A stretch of 54,932 nucleotides of DNA from a virus (taxonomy: Duplodnaviria; Heunggongvirae; Uroviricota; Caudoviricetes). Positions 28,062-36,211 of the stretch are shown one piece after another (the stretch's first letter is position 1; every line of letters begins with the position of its first letter). The translations under genes were made by a program, and so were the position numbers. A model generated the notes under the pieces. That model was not told the origin of the DNA and did no database searches. It saw only the letters and a list, made by a program, of their open reading frames with translations. The stretch lies in IMG/VR virus record IMGVR_UViG_2939147180_000006, positions 1 to 54,932 of that record. One strand, 5' to 3'.

Positions 28062-28646
28062 TCACCCCCGCTTAAAGCTCATAACACGCGGTACAAGCGC
28101 TTCTTTTGCTTTAGGCTTACGTTTGCCTTTCTTAGCTGGTTTTTTCTCTTCTTTCGGCTCCTCTGCCTGTTCAACTGCCTGTTCTGCTGATTTAGTAGCC
28201 TTTTCCGCCTGGTCTAATGCCTTCTCTACGACTTCAGCCGCCTGCATTGCTGCAACCTGTGCTTCGTTTGATTCAGCCAGGATTGGGAAGAATGCGTCAA
28301 AGATGCGGCCTACCATGTAAGCATATGTCTCGTTTGCCGGATGAGTTGGATCAGTGGTTGCCACGACACCTACATCGCTTAGAACGTGGAATGTAGTGTG
28401 GGCCGCTTCATGTACCAGTGTTCCTAACTCATTGTCGAATACTGCGATCACATAGAAATTACCGCCTTTCTCACCAGTACAAGTAAGCGTTAATCCTCCT
28501 GCCAGTTCGAAATCAGGTTCGATTGGAATCCCTGCCTTTTCGCAAAATTCATAGAACATGTCGCGGGTCGGGCAAAAGAAAACGGTTGTATGCTCAAAAA
28601 GCGGAATCTTGAATTGAGGCAACTTAATGCCTTTAGCCTTAGCCAT
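28062..28646 (-). CDS. Hypothetical protein with HExxH motif and Lys/Glu-rich C-terminal tail
   Basis: 194 aa; LVHEAAHTTFH (HExxH, zinc-metallopeptidase-like) then AEKATKSAEQAVEQAEEPKEEKKPAKKGKRKPKAK. Confidence 0.5.
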   Translation of the reverse strand: MAKAKGIKLPQFKIPLFEHTTVFFCPTRDMFYEFCEKAGIPIEPDFELAGGLTLTCTGEKGGNFYVIAVFDNELGTLVHEAAHTTFHVLSDVGVVATTDPTHPANETYAYMVGRIFDAFFPILAESNEAQVAAMQAAEVVEKALDQAEKATKSAEQAVEQAEEPKEEKKPAKKGKRKPKAKEALVPRVMSFKRG

Positions 28647-28924
28647 CAGAATATTCCTCTATCCTGAAAAATATAACCCCCGCAAAAATCGACACCGCAG
28701 GGAGTGAAAACAGCTATAAAACACTGAAAACGGCGCTTAATCAGTACCGTTTCCAGAATTTTATAAAATTGGATAATGGCGCTTTCTTCTACCCAGGTAG
28801 CGCCGGACCTGTTAATGGGACTGTTGATCCGGTATTACGTGTTTTTGAATTTCCGCCGTCGCTCGCGGGAAGGATTGGCCCGGTTATGGCTGGCTGGCGG
28901 AAACGGCGACACGTCCACGCGCTG

Positions 28925-29413
28925 TTATTCTTTGCGTAAGCACTGCGTTTTGATGTAGTCCTGTAACCCAGTGATCTGAGCGTCTTTCGTTTTTAGTTGT
29001 TCTCTGAGGGATAGATAAGCCGATTCAGCGTCGGGAGTGAGTCTACAGGTGGCTCCATCAATGGCGCTGGCGGATCCGGTGGGGTCGGACAATCGCACAG
29101 GTGTTGCGTTGACGCGCAACCGGATAGTACCGTTATCAATGCCAGTGCGCAGATCGGCAATGTCAGATCTGATAGCTTTAATCTCATCGTGATACCTCTT
29201 ATCAAGTTTTGACAGTTCGGCGTTTCGCTCCTTCATCTGCTGAATAGTGTTACTTGCTGTCTTTAGTGCGCCCTGAGTGGTCGTTAACTCTTCCTGTAAC
29301 CTTGTTGCCTCACTCTGGTAATGGCACGTTACGGCGGTAAGGCTGGCAATAATGCAAACAACAGCGGCGATAATTAACGCCTTCACCTTGTCCACGTTTC
29401 CCCCCATTCGCAA
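28925..29413 (-). CDS. Rz: i-spanin (Rz-like)
   Basis: N-terminal TM anchor [14 protein letters not shown], coiled-coil periplasmic domain; directly after endolysin; Rz1 embedded in +1 frame. Confidence 0.8.
   Translation of the reverse strand: MRMGGNVDKVKALIIAAVVCIIASLTAVTCHYQSEATRLQEELTTTQGALKTASNTIQQMKERNAELSKLDKRYHDEIKAIRSDIADLRTGIDNGTIRLRVNATPVRLSDPTGSASAIDGATCRLTPDAESAYLSLREQLKTKDAQITGLQDYIKTQCLRKE
28993..29187 (-). CDS. Rz1: o-spanin (Rz1-like lipoprotein) embedded within Rz
   Basis: [24 protein letters not shown] lipobox followed by Pro-rich [17 protein letters not shown]; start trimmed from table ORF. Confidence 0.75.
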   Translation of the reverse strand: MRLKLSDLTLPICALALITVLSGCASTQHLCDCPTPPDPPAPLMEPPVDSLPTLNRLIYPSENN

Positions 29414-29877
29414 ACGGCATATTCAACCTCGCGGCGGTTAACCAGACCATGCCACTTTTTGCCGCCAGCGTATACCCAGCGTTTAAGCTGTGCGCACGCT
29501 TCTGATTTCTTGCCGTCATTGAGTAGCTTTAATAAGGTTGATGTTTTGAAGTTGGTTGCGCCTACGTTATAGGCGAATGAATAAAGTGCTGCGCGGGTAA
29601 AATCTGATATTTCGACTTTAATATATGGGTCAATCGCTTTTGCGGTCTTGTGTAGATCTTTATTTAACAAAGCATCGCATTCTGATTGCGTGTAAGTCTT
29701 CCCAAGCATGATGTCTTTTCCGGTGTGACCGTAGCAAACAGTCCATACACCAACAACATCACGATATGGATCGTGTTCCACGCCCTCTAATGGCTTAATC
29801 ATCACAGCCGCTATAGCGATTGCCCCACCAGCCGCCGCCGCAACAATCTTGTTTTTCAGCGATTGGCTAATCATATT
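29383..29877 (-). CDS. R: SAR endolysin (T4-lysozyme fold, phage 21 R-like)
   Basis: Start trimmed to MISQSLK; Gly/Ala-rich SAR segment [17 protein letters not shown]; catalytic E-D-T pattern [23 protein letters not shown]; close resemblance to R21 from memory. Confidence 0.85.
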   Translation of the reverse strand, partial: NMISQSLKNKIVAAAAGGAIAIAAVMIKPLEGVEHDPYRDVVGVWTVCYGHTGKDIMLGKTYTQSECDALLNKDLHKTAKAIDPYIKVEISDFTRAALYSFAYNVGATNFKTSTLLKLLNDGKKSEACAQLKRWVYAGGKKWHGLVNRREVEYAVCEWGETWTR

Positions 29878-30076
29878 ACTTATTCCCCATTCGTGCGTCG
29901 TGTTCCTCTTGCGCCCGCTTGTTCTCCTGTGATTTGAAGTAATAATTAACGGCAAATGTGCCTATGGTTGATAAGATACCCACAAAGACGGCAATGTCAT
30001 TGATGGTTATCGCGCCGAAAAAAGCGGTTACGGCCCCGGTCACATACGCACACGCCTCCCGTATTCTGTCGAACAT
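29876..30076 (-). CDS. S: Class II holin (pinholin, S21-like)
   Basis: 66 aa, two TM segments, charged C-terminus; GGAGG RBS; ATGA overlap with endolysin; table start at 30109 lies in the terminator. Confidence 0.75.
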   Translation of the reverse strand: MFDRIREACAYVTGAVTAFFGAITINDIAVFVGILSTIGTFAVNYYFKSQENKRAQEEHDARMGNK

Positions 30077-30092
30077 AGATTTACCTCCAACA

Positions 30093-30118
30093 AAGCAAAA
30101 ACCCGGCACGGGGCCGGG
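30093..30118 (-). terminator. tR'-like Rho-independent terminator immediately upstream of holin
   Basis: Minus strand cccggc-cccg-tgccggg hairpin followed by TTTTTGCTTTG, ending about 10 nt before the holin RBS. Confidence 0.6.
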
Positions 30119-30146
30119 TAGTTACAGTTTCGCATTGTTAGGTAAT

Positions 30147-30176
30147 ATTTTAATCTGTTTGTTTGCGCTCTACAAA
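30147..30176 (-). promoter_or_regulatory. Candidate sigma70 late promoter (pR'-like): TTGTAG-17bp-TAAAAT
   Basis: Read on minus strand; promoter, ~45-nt leader and terminator precede the holin as in the lambda pR'-tR' arrangement. Confidence 0.45.
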
Positions 30177-30183
30177 TACGGCT

Positions 30184-30360
30184 TTACTGCTTTCTGTATA
30201 TCAGGCCATTATTTAGTAATGTTTGCATATGCCACCGATCCATGTCGCTTAATTCCCAATACGGAACATCATCAGGTCTTATCATCACCGCTTCACCTCT
30301 AACCAAATACGCGATGTTAAATACCTTATGCAAATAGATACCATCTTCGATCTCATTCAT
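30184..30360 (-). CDS. Hypothetical protein (58 aa), paralog of adjacent ORF 30357..30542
   Basis: Manually translated MNEIEDGIYLHKVFNIAYLVRGE...; shares the IEDGIY N-terminus with its neighbour; ATGA overlap. Confidence 0.4.
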   Translation of the reverse strand: MNEIEDGIYLHKVFNIAYLVRGEAVMIRPDDVPYWELSDMDRWHMQTLLNNGLIYRKQ

Positions 30361-30542
30361 AGTTCACCAAGTTTAAACAGTTCGCCTTTATCAACGTATC
30401 GCTCAATATCTTCCCTTGTTGTTTTGATGAATGGCTCTGCATATTCCTCCCCACCATCTACACTAATTGTTACAGTATCGCCTTCAACCATGTAAAATAC
30501 GTTTTCCATCAGGTTTACACCATAGATACCGTCTTCAATCAT
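30357..30542 (-). CDS. Hypothetical protein (61 aa)
   Basis: Track ORF; MIEDGIYGVNLMENVFYMVEGD N-terminus similar to the downstream paralog. Confidence 0.4.
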   Translation of the reverse strand: MIEDGIYGVNLMENVFYMVEGDTVTISVDGGEEYAEPFIKTTREDIERYVDKGELFKLGEL

Positions 30543-30775
30543 TTCTTGCGCTCCTTAATAGCTCGCTTGATCTGCTCTACCGTAGCATCGAAGAAAGCGA
30601 GAAACATAACTACAGGCCATAAAGGAATCTCAAGGCCACCAGGTTTAGCACCGCTAAACTTAATAAAACATGACATCAGGATCGCGCCAGCGATATAAAG
30701 CAAAACAATCACAGCAATAAGGCATTCAATCATAATCATCCTCATCGTCTTCGTGTTCAGCCAGGAACTCATCAA
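30539..30775 (-). CDS. Hypothetical membrane protein (78 aa, two TM)
   Basis: Track ORF; hydrophobic segments; 4-nt overlap with neighbour. Confidence 0.4.
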   Translation of the reverse strand: MMSSWLNTKTMRMIMIECLIAVIVLLYIAGAILMSCFIKFSGAKPGGLEIPLWPVVMFLAFFDATVEQIKRAIKERKK

Positions 30776-30980
30776 CCACGCGGTAAGTTACTGGCGGGAT
30801 GTATTCGAAATCATCAGAATCAAGATCAAGCGTCCGGCTGTCGCCATCGTCATCAATCGTATTCATCCCTAACTCACCGAAAGGGCCGTACCCAATGTGG
30901 CCCAGGTATTCGCATCCAGTAGTAAAGCCAGGGTATTCGCCTTTACACCTGATCTTGTATAGCTTACTTGATACGCTCAA
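30726..30980 (-). CDS. Hypothetical acidic protein (84 aa)
   Basis: Track ORF in co-directional small-gene island. Confidence 0.35.
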   Translation of the reverse strand: MSVSSKLYKIRCKGEYPGFTTGCEYLGHIGYGPFGELGMNTIDDDGDSRTLDLDSDDFEYIPPVTYRVVDEFLAEHEDDEDDYD

Positions 30981-31287
30981 TTTTCGATCCCCCGTCTTCA
31001 GATTCTGTTATTTTGTATTCCGCGATCTTTTCCGCGCCAATTAATTCGACTTCGTTTTTAGGGAAAGGATTAAGCGCCACCGCAGCAAAAGTAAATCCCC
31101 TAACTTTATTCAGATCTTCAAGATGTTTTGCATCAAAAGGCGGTTCTGATACGTGGAAGCATTTAACGTGCGCGTCGTCTTCAGTGGCTACACGGAAACA
31201 TGCGCCAGGTTGTCCGGCGAATTGTCCATGTTTCTCATCTTCTGGAAAAGTGCCACGGAAAACCTTAACGCTGATAAATTTAGACAT
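30964..31287 (-). CDS. Hypothetical protein (107 aa)
   Basis: Track ORF in island. Confidence 0.4.
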   Translation of the reverse strand: MSKFISVKVFRGTFPEDEKHGQFAGQPGACFRVATEDDAHVKCFHVSEPPFDAKHLEDLNKVRGFTFAAVALNPFPKNEVELIGAEKIAEYKITESEDGGSKIERIK

Positions 31288-31290
31288 TTA

Positions 31291-31545
31291 TTATTCTCCT
31301 TCGTAAAGAATTGCCACCAGTTCTGCATCAATTAGCGTGTTATGATCTGCATAAAACCCGTGGCGCAGAATTGAGGCAAGACCAGCCACTTTACGCCACA
31401 TAGGGGTCGATTCGTTCAGGTATTCTTTCTCCCTTTTTTCGCTGTATGGCAATTCATAAAACCGACCACGATTAACATCTTCAATCACGCGGATATATTT
31501 ACCATCAAATCGGCTATTACCGCGCCATAGTCTGATCACAACCAT
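31291..31545 (-). CDS. Hypothetical protein (84 aa)
   Basis: Track ORF in island. Confidence 0.4.
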   Translation of the reverse strand: MVVIRLWRGNSRFDGKYIRVIEDVNRGRFYELPYSEKREKEYLNESTPMWRKVAGLASILRHGFYADHNTLIDAELVAILYEGE

Positions 31546-31547
31546 AA

Positions 31548-31859
31548 TTAAAACTCCGCACCAGGTAAGCTACGCGCTTTATTTACCGCATCTTGTTTTA
31601 ACAACAAACTGGCGTGATAACTCATGTTCAACATATTGACAGCGGGTATTCCATCATTTTCCGACTTTATTCTTAACAACTGGTTTTTAGTAAAGATCCT
31701 GTCACCATCAGTTATATATAACCAGTCTCCGCGCTTACCAACTACAACATGAGATCCACCCCAACTGTCTTTAAATTCGTAATTACAGAAAACATCACCT
31801 TCAGGCACTTCAACAAAACAGCACGCTATGAATTTATCGCTTTTCATGATTTTGCCCAT
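31548..31859 (-). CDS. Hypothetical protein (103 aa)
   Basis: Track ORF; preceded by intergenic region carrying regulatory motifs. Confidence 0.4.
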   Translation of the reverse strand: MGKIMKSDKFIACCFVEVPEGDVFCNYEFKDSWGGSHVVVGKRGDWLYITDGDRIFTKNQLLRIKSENDGIPAVNMLNMSYHASLLLKQDAVNKARSLPGAEF

Positions 31860-31876
31860 CAGTCTTTCGGTGGCTT

Positions 31877-31940
31877 ATATATAACAAAACGGCACTGCCG
31901 AAACAATGCCATTTTGTATACATTGTGATAAAGATCACAT
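31877..31940. promoter_or_regulatory. Regulatory region: inverted motif TATATAACAAAACGG-N16-CCATTTTGTATA plus CRP-consensus palindrome TGTGATAAAGATCACA
   Basis: Read directly; TGTGA-N6-TCACA at 31925..31940 matches the CRP core consensus. Confidence 0.45.
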
Positions 31941-31976
31941 TTTTATTTATTCATTAAAATCAACATTATAACGCAA

Positions 31977-32189
31977 TTAATAACGCTCGAAGCTGGCGGA
32001 AAAATCAATACTTGATATCTCACCGCCTCGATAAGTAGGCCAAAAACGCCAAATATCATCATGGTCATCAATCAAGACAACATCAGTACCTATTCTGTAA
32101 CCATCATTACCATAAATGACCTTAACATCATAAGTACGCCCAGGAGTAAAAATACTCTCATTGCTTGAGTATATGCATTTAACTTGCAT
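31977..32189 (-). CDS. Hypothetical protein (70 aa)
   Basis: Track ORF in island. Confidence 0.35.
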   Translation of the reverse strand: MQVKCIYSSNESIFTPGRTYDVKVIYGNDGYRIGTDVVLIDDHDDIWRFWPTYRGGEISSIDFSASFERY

Positions 32190-32466
32190 TGTCAGCCACC
32201 TTTAAATAATTTTTCGTGTCAATATCTGCCGGATACCTGGAAAATTGCGCAAGCCATTGTCCGGTAATGTTTTTCACCAGTGCATAATCAAGATCGCCGC
32301 AGTAGAATACCTGGTACATTGTCCCTTCGTTATCATCCATAACAAAGACCATTGGATCGGTAGTCGCATTGCGCAGCCTGTGAATCGTGTAAGCCTGGCC
32401 AGTAGTGAATTTGTACTCGTTACACGTTGTGCGGCAAAACATCCGGTCAAAATAGCTTTCCATCAA
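32179..32466 (-). CDS. Hypothetical protein (95 aa)
   Basis: Track ORF in island. Confidence 0.35.
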   Translation of the reverse strand: MMESYFDRMFCRTTCNEYKFTTGQAYTIHRLRNATTDPMVFVMDDNEGTMYQVFYCGDLDYALVKNITGQWLAQFSRYPADIDTKNYLKVADNAS

Positions 32467-32729
32467 AAAATCCCCTTATAATCGACCGTGTATTTTGCTA
32501 TTAGCTTCCATTCACAATAGCTTTCCATGTCTCGCGGTTGCCAGCCTTTCATGCCTACAGCACCACGCACGCCGTGGCGACGATAATTATCGTTATAGTC
32601 AGCTACACACCACGGCTGAAGCACAAACATGTAATTGGCCTCGTTAACCAGGATCGCCATCTGCTTTCCTGTTGCCTTATCTTTCGCCCGGAAATAACTT
32701 ACCCTGATTTTCATTTTTAATAACCTCAA
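32463..32729 (-). CDS. Hypothetical protein (88 aa)
   Basis: Track ORF in island. Confidence 0.35.
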   Translation of the reverse strand: MRLLKMKIRVSYFRAKDKATGKQMAILVNEANYMFVLQPWCVADYNDNYRRHGVRGAVGMKGWQPRDMESYCEWKLIAKYTVDYKGIF

Positions 32730-32925
32730 TCAACATTTCTTCTTCCAGGTTGGCAGGACGTTTACGGAATATGCCAGCAAAAACCAAATCGTCCAGGTGC
32801 CCCCTGGTGCAAAACAGCTTTTCTTCCCTAACCCCGTCAGAATCGCACCTGTAAGTCTTATCGTTGATCAGAAAGTAAAAGCTACAGAATGAAGGGGCCA
32901 GGTAAACATCTTCGTAAACGTCCAT
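32677..32925 (-). CDS. Hypothetical protein (82 aa)
   Basis: Track ORF in island. Confidence 0.35.
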   Translation of the reverse strand: MDVYEDVYLAPSFCSFYFLINDKTYRCDSDGVREEKLFCTRGHLDDLVFAGIFRKRPANLEEEMLIEVIKNENQGKLFPGER

Positions 32926-32929
32926 GATG

Positions 32930-33172
32930 TTAACCCTCGACTACTTCCAGACCGCGCCCCTTGTCGCCCACGAAGTCGGCAAGGCTGAACGTATACGACC
33001 ATGCCGGATTGATGTAATGGTCATCAGCGCCAGCGGCAATGAGGTCAGCACCGTTAATCATGCAAGTGACACCATCACTATGAACGACGTTAACCACCTT
33101 ACCAACAACCTGTTTTAATGATGGATAACCGTGATCGTGCAAGAATTTGACTTTCACTCTTCTGTCCCCCAA
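32930..33172 (-). CDS. Hypothetical protein (80 aa)
   Basis: Track ORF in island. Confidence 0.35.
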   Translation of the reverse strand: MGDRRVKVKFLHDHGYPSLKQVVGKVVNVVHSDGVTCMINGADLIAAGADDHYINPAWSYTFSLADFVGDKGRGLEVVEG

Positions 33173-33393
33173 CGCTCAATACTGATTAAGAAGTCCCGGA
33201 TAGCGTGTCGCTCGTCGCGCGTTGGTTTGCGCTTACGGTAGATCCTGAAATCGAACCATTCTTTTTCCTGCTCAAAATCCAGGTCGTAAGCAAGCGCCTC
33301 AATGTATCCGCATTCGTGATACCAGTACGCCACGCCAGCACGAACAAAAAAGCGGGTTTTATCCCGCTTGTGCTCATAGATACGCATATTCAC
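33154..33393 (-). CDS. Hypothetical protein (79 aa)
   Basis: Track ORF in island. Confidence 0.35.
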   Translation of the reverse strand: MNMRIYEHKRDKTRFFVRAGVAYWYHECGYIEALAYDLDFEQEKEWFDFRIYRKRKPTRDERHAIRDFLISIERWGTEE

Positions 33394-33399
33394 CCCCCG

Positions 33400-33630
33400 T
33401 TATGCAGTTGTGTAGCTGTCCACCAGCTTTTCATCTTTCATTCTGGCAAGCTGATCGGTGTTCATCGTGTAGCCACCATCAGAGAAAAGCAATTCAGCCG
33501 CAGCGCGACGAAAAGCAATATCATCATGGTTACGTGTCCATGTAGCGATCACAACGCGTTTCCCGTTAGTGGCGAACATAGACAATTCATTATCAACTAC
33601 GTCGATAGCCTGCCAGATTTTTAGCTCCAT
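33400..33630 (-). CDS. Hypothetical protein (76 aa)
   Basis: Track ORF in island. Confidence 0.35.
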   Translation of the reverse strand: MELKIWQAIDVVDNELSMFATNGKRVVIATWTRNHDDIAFRRAAAELLFSDGGYTMNTDQLARMKDEKLVDSYTTA

Positions 33631-33986
33631 GATTTATCTCCGTAGATCTTGAATAGTTCACACGCTTCCTGATTTTCAAATATATTCATATGCAGGTCAC
33701 GCAGGCGGCGCATTGTGCGGAATCGCGGCCTGAACTCCTGGCTACGTTTAATGTATTTGCCGCCAATTGAATAAATATGCCCGTATGCGTACCATCTGTT
33801 ACCTACCCATATGTCATATTCTTTTCCTTCGTAATTGAATTTTATCGTTAGCTCGCCGACTTCAACTATTAACCCTTTATCAATGATGTCATTAAGCATT
33901 TCATCCCATTCTTTGAGGAATGGTTGTTGATAAAAACCAAAAAGCGTATTCACAGCATGACAAAGATAATCAATGATTATTTGCAT
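33621..33986 (-). CDS. Hypothetical protein (121 aa)
   Basis: Track ORF in island. Confidence 0.4.
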   Translation of the reverse strand: MQIIIDYLCHAVNTLFGFYQQPFLKEWDEMLNDIIDKGLIVEVGELTIKFNYEGKEYDIWVGNRWYAYGHIYSIGGKYIKRSQEFRPRFRTMRRLRDLHMNIFENQEACELFKIYGDKSWS

Positions 33987-33990
33987 ATTA

Positions 33991-34203
33991 TCACCACATC
34001 ATATAATAAACGTTCTCGTCAGCTAACATGTCAGCTACATCCTGCGTCATGTGTCTGGCCTCAAGGAAATATTCCTCACTATGCCATTCCCTTACAAGCA
34101 TACGCGCCCATTTACGGCGCTGGCGCTTATTGCGTCGCAGATCATCAAAAGCCTTTAATGCTTTGTCATATGCCCTTACAAGGCGCTTGCGGTTACTTTT
34201 CAT
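33991..34203 (-). CDS. Hypothetical basic protein (70 aa)
   Basis: Track ORF; Arg/Lys-rich. Confidence 0.35.
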   Translation of the reverse strand: MKSNRKRLVRAYDKALKAFDDLRRNKRQRRKWARMLVREWHSEEYFLEARHMTQDVADMLADENVYYMMW

Positions 34204-34206
34204 ATC

Positions 34207-34542
34207 TTAAAACCTATATTGCCAATAAATATCGCAGTTAATAGCAAAAACCTTAACAGGATCGTCACCAAATAAAGGATGTTGAATCGTCTTGATTGTG
34301 TACCCCATATAAGGAAGAATCAGTATTCGTTCTCTATCGTCGTTTGCAGGGTATCCCCATTTAAGAATCAATCTTGTATATTCCCTCCCCTCCAGGCGTT
34401 TACGCCAATAGTCATTATAAAGCCTGTATTCCTCCACCTTCTTTCCCGCCCGTATAGCGTGGAAGTATTCTCCTTTTAAATTCAAATGTAAGTGCTTATT
34501 TGCCATCACTATGATCCTGTAAACAGTCGTTATAGCCTTCAA
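34207..34542 (-). CDS. Hypothetical protein (111 aa)
   Basis: Track ORF in island. Confidence 0.4.
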   Translation of the reverse strand: MKAITTVYRIIVMANKHLHLNLKGEYFHAIRAGKKVEEYRLYNDYWRKRLEGREYTRLILKWGYPANDDRERILILPYMGYTIKTIQHPLFGDDPVKVFAINCDIYWQYRF

Positions 34543-34801
34543 TGTATCCGGTTAATCCGGTGTTACTCACTGACCATTCAGCCGAACGGCGCTTGATGGC
34601 CTTGTCCATAGTCATTTCACCTTTGCGGTGACATCCTGCATCAATGTAACGGTTGACAACTGAAGACAACCGTCCGCGTAGCTGTTGTGTTCCAGCGTAA
34701 TGGTGTGCCGTTTCCGTTAATTCGTTAACCAGTTTTGCAAATAGATGTTCCTTTAATTTAGGCTTCATTGTCGTCAACCTCGAAATACTGCTTAATAGCA
34801 C
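34496..34801 (-). CDS. Hypothetical protein (101 aa; likely starts at MKPKLKEHLF)
   Basis: Track ORF; alternative internal start reduces overlap with the upstream gene. Confidence 0.4.
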   Translation of the reverse strand: MLLSSISRLTTMKPKLKEHLFAKLVNELTETAHHYAGTQQLRGRLSSVVNRYIDAGCHRKGEMTMDKAIKRRSAEWSVSNTGLTGYIEGYNDCLQDHSDGK

Positions 34802-35105
34802 GTTTGACGTTCATTTCACGCTGATAATTGTTATCGCTATAGATTGCGGCTGCCGATACGTGATCGATAATTTGCTGTAATAAATCAGGATGAATTTTTA
34901 TTTTTTCATCAAGGACAATGCGAGATGGCTTATGTGCTGTAGCAATATCATTAACGATTTCTATCTCACCACCGCCGCCGCAGCGAGGACAAACGAATTT
35001 ATCACCTTGATACAGCATGAAGCCGCAACCTTTTTCAGTTTTTACGACCATACCATCGTCGTCGCAGTTTTCGCAATACAGCCACCCAATATTAATTATT
35101 TTCAT
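34758..35105 (-). CDS. Hypothetical zinc-ribbon protein (CxxC...CxxC)
   Basis: Start trimmed to MKIINIGWLYCENC; Cys pairs CENC and CPRC. Confidence 0.4.
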   Translation of the reverse strand: MKIINIGWLYCENCDDDGMVVKTEKGCGFMLYQGDKFVCPRCGGGGEIEIVNDIATAHKPSRIVLDEKIKIHPDLLQQIIDHVSAAAIYSDNNYQREMNVKRAIKQYFEVDDNEA

Positions 35106-35298
35106 TATCTTTATTCCGTCCGTAAATATGTACTGGCTCAACTGGTACGGCTGGCAATTCACCATCATTTAACGCGCTTGCCATACCCAATATTAATCGT
35201 GCTTCCGCACCAGTGACTTTCTTACACCATGCACCGCCAGTTTTATCTTCGAACAAGATAACAGCAAACTGATCGTTTATTTCCAGCTTATCCATCAT
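35092..35298 (-). CDS. Hypothetical protein (68 aa)
   Basis: Track ORF; 4-nt overlap with the Q-like gene. Confidence 0.35.
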   Translation of the reverse strand: MMDKLEINDQFAVILFEDKTGGAWCKKVTGAEARLILGMASALNDGELPAVPVEPVHIYGRNKDNENN

Positions 35299-36017
35299 TC
35301 ACCCCGCGTCACTCTTTTAATTTCGTTATCTGCCAGCGCCTCTTCTTTGAACAATTCAGCAATGGCGTCTTCATAGAAAGCCCGGTACTTTTTCCACCAT
35401 GTTGATCGGCTTACCGGAAAAACAAGCTGATTAACCGCCTGCCGTACAAGATCTACAGGGAAACGCGAGTACCCGCGCCCGCCGCAATGCTGGCACGTTT
35501 TGAACACTGGCATTTCCGCCGCTTCACTGGCTGCTTTATCCGGTACTTCGCCACGGCCCTTGCATTGTTTACAATGATTGCGAACTGTCCCATGCCCCTT
35601 GCATTTCTTACAAAGGTGTTTTTCTCCGTAGTCGTCAAACGTAAATTTATATCCGCCGCACTCCATACAAGTTTTTTCCGTCGCGGCACTCTGGCAATAA
35701 TCCCGAAACGCGAAAACGGCAACAAGAATAATGAGATCATTGCGTTTGGCCTCGTCCAGTTCCATAACGTATTCATAATCTTTTGCCATAGCCCTTAAAC
35801 GCTCTGTAAGCAAAACTACGGCCTTATGTTTTTCGGCTTGTGATAGTTCCATCTTCCCTAAAAAAGCGCTGTAACCAAGCTCTACGCGCGATTGCGCCAT
35901 GCCTGCTGCAGTTAGTGCATCCGTAGTATTAAGAGCATCCGGGGACGTGCCCCGGCTTTCATCTGACAAACGAGGTGATTTTGGGAAGTGGAATTTCAGA
36001 ATTGATTCCAGATTCAT
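35295..36017 (-). CDS. Putative late antiterminator Q-family protein with DnaJ-like CxxCxGxG zinc-finger repeats
   Basis: 240 aa directly downstream of ninG and rusA (canonical Q position); repeats CMECGGY, CKKCKGHG, CKQCKGRG, CQHCGGRG; family assignment from memory, unverified. Confidence 0.45.
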   Translation of the reverse strand: MNLESILKFHFPKSPRLSDESRGTSPDALNTTDALTAAGMAQSRVELGYSAFLGKMELSQAEKHKAVVLLTERLRAMAKDYEYVMELDEAKRNDLIILVAVFAFRDYCQSAATEKTCMECGGYKFTFDDYGEKHLCKKCKGHGTVRNHCKQCKGRGEVPDKAASEAAEMPVFKTCQHCGGRGYSRFPVDLVRQAVNQLVFPVSRSTWWKKYRAFYEDAIAELFKEEALADNEIKRVTRGE

Positions 36018-36211
36018 TATTTACCCCCGTAACGCGCAACCAGTCTTTTGCGATCAGATATTGCCTGCACTAGCTTTCTTTCAAGCTCTTTAAGTGCAAG
36101 CAATTCTCGCATGTGAAAAGCCTGTATTTGTCGCACAGTCTCTAAATCATGCTCATCGTGCTGAATATCTATTTGCAGATCTTTAATTTCGTTTTTCATT
36201 TCTAACCCCAT
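36017..36211 (-). CDS. Hypothetical protein (64 aa)
   Basis: Track ORF between rusA and the Q-like gene. Confidence 0.35.
   Translation of the reverse strand: MGLEMKNEIKDLQIDIQHDEHDLETVRQIQAFHMRELLALKELERKLVQAISDRKRLVARYGGK

Noticed and set aside
20073-30109. N-terminal extensions and internal or antisense ORFs in the structural and lysis region (20073..20408, 20513..21066, 21782..22201, 23116..23565, 24715..25263, 25829..26199, 27055..27355, 28123..28320, holin start at 30109)
   Set aside because: Overlap stronger same-locus genes on the other strand or frame; the holin extension to 30109 would translate through the tR'-like hairpin and lacks an RBS.
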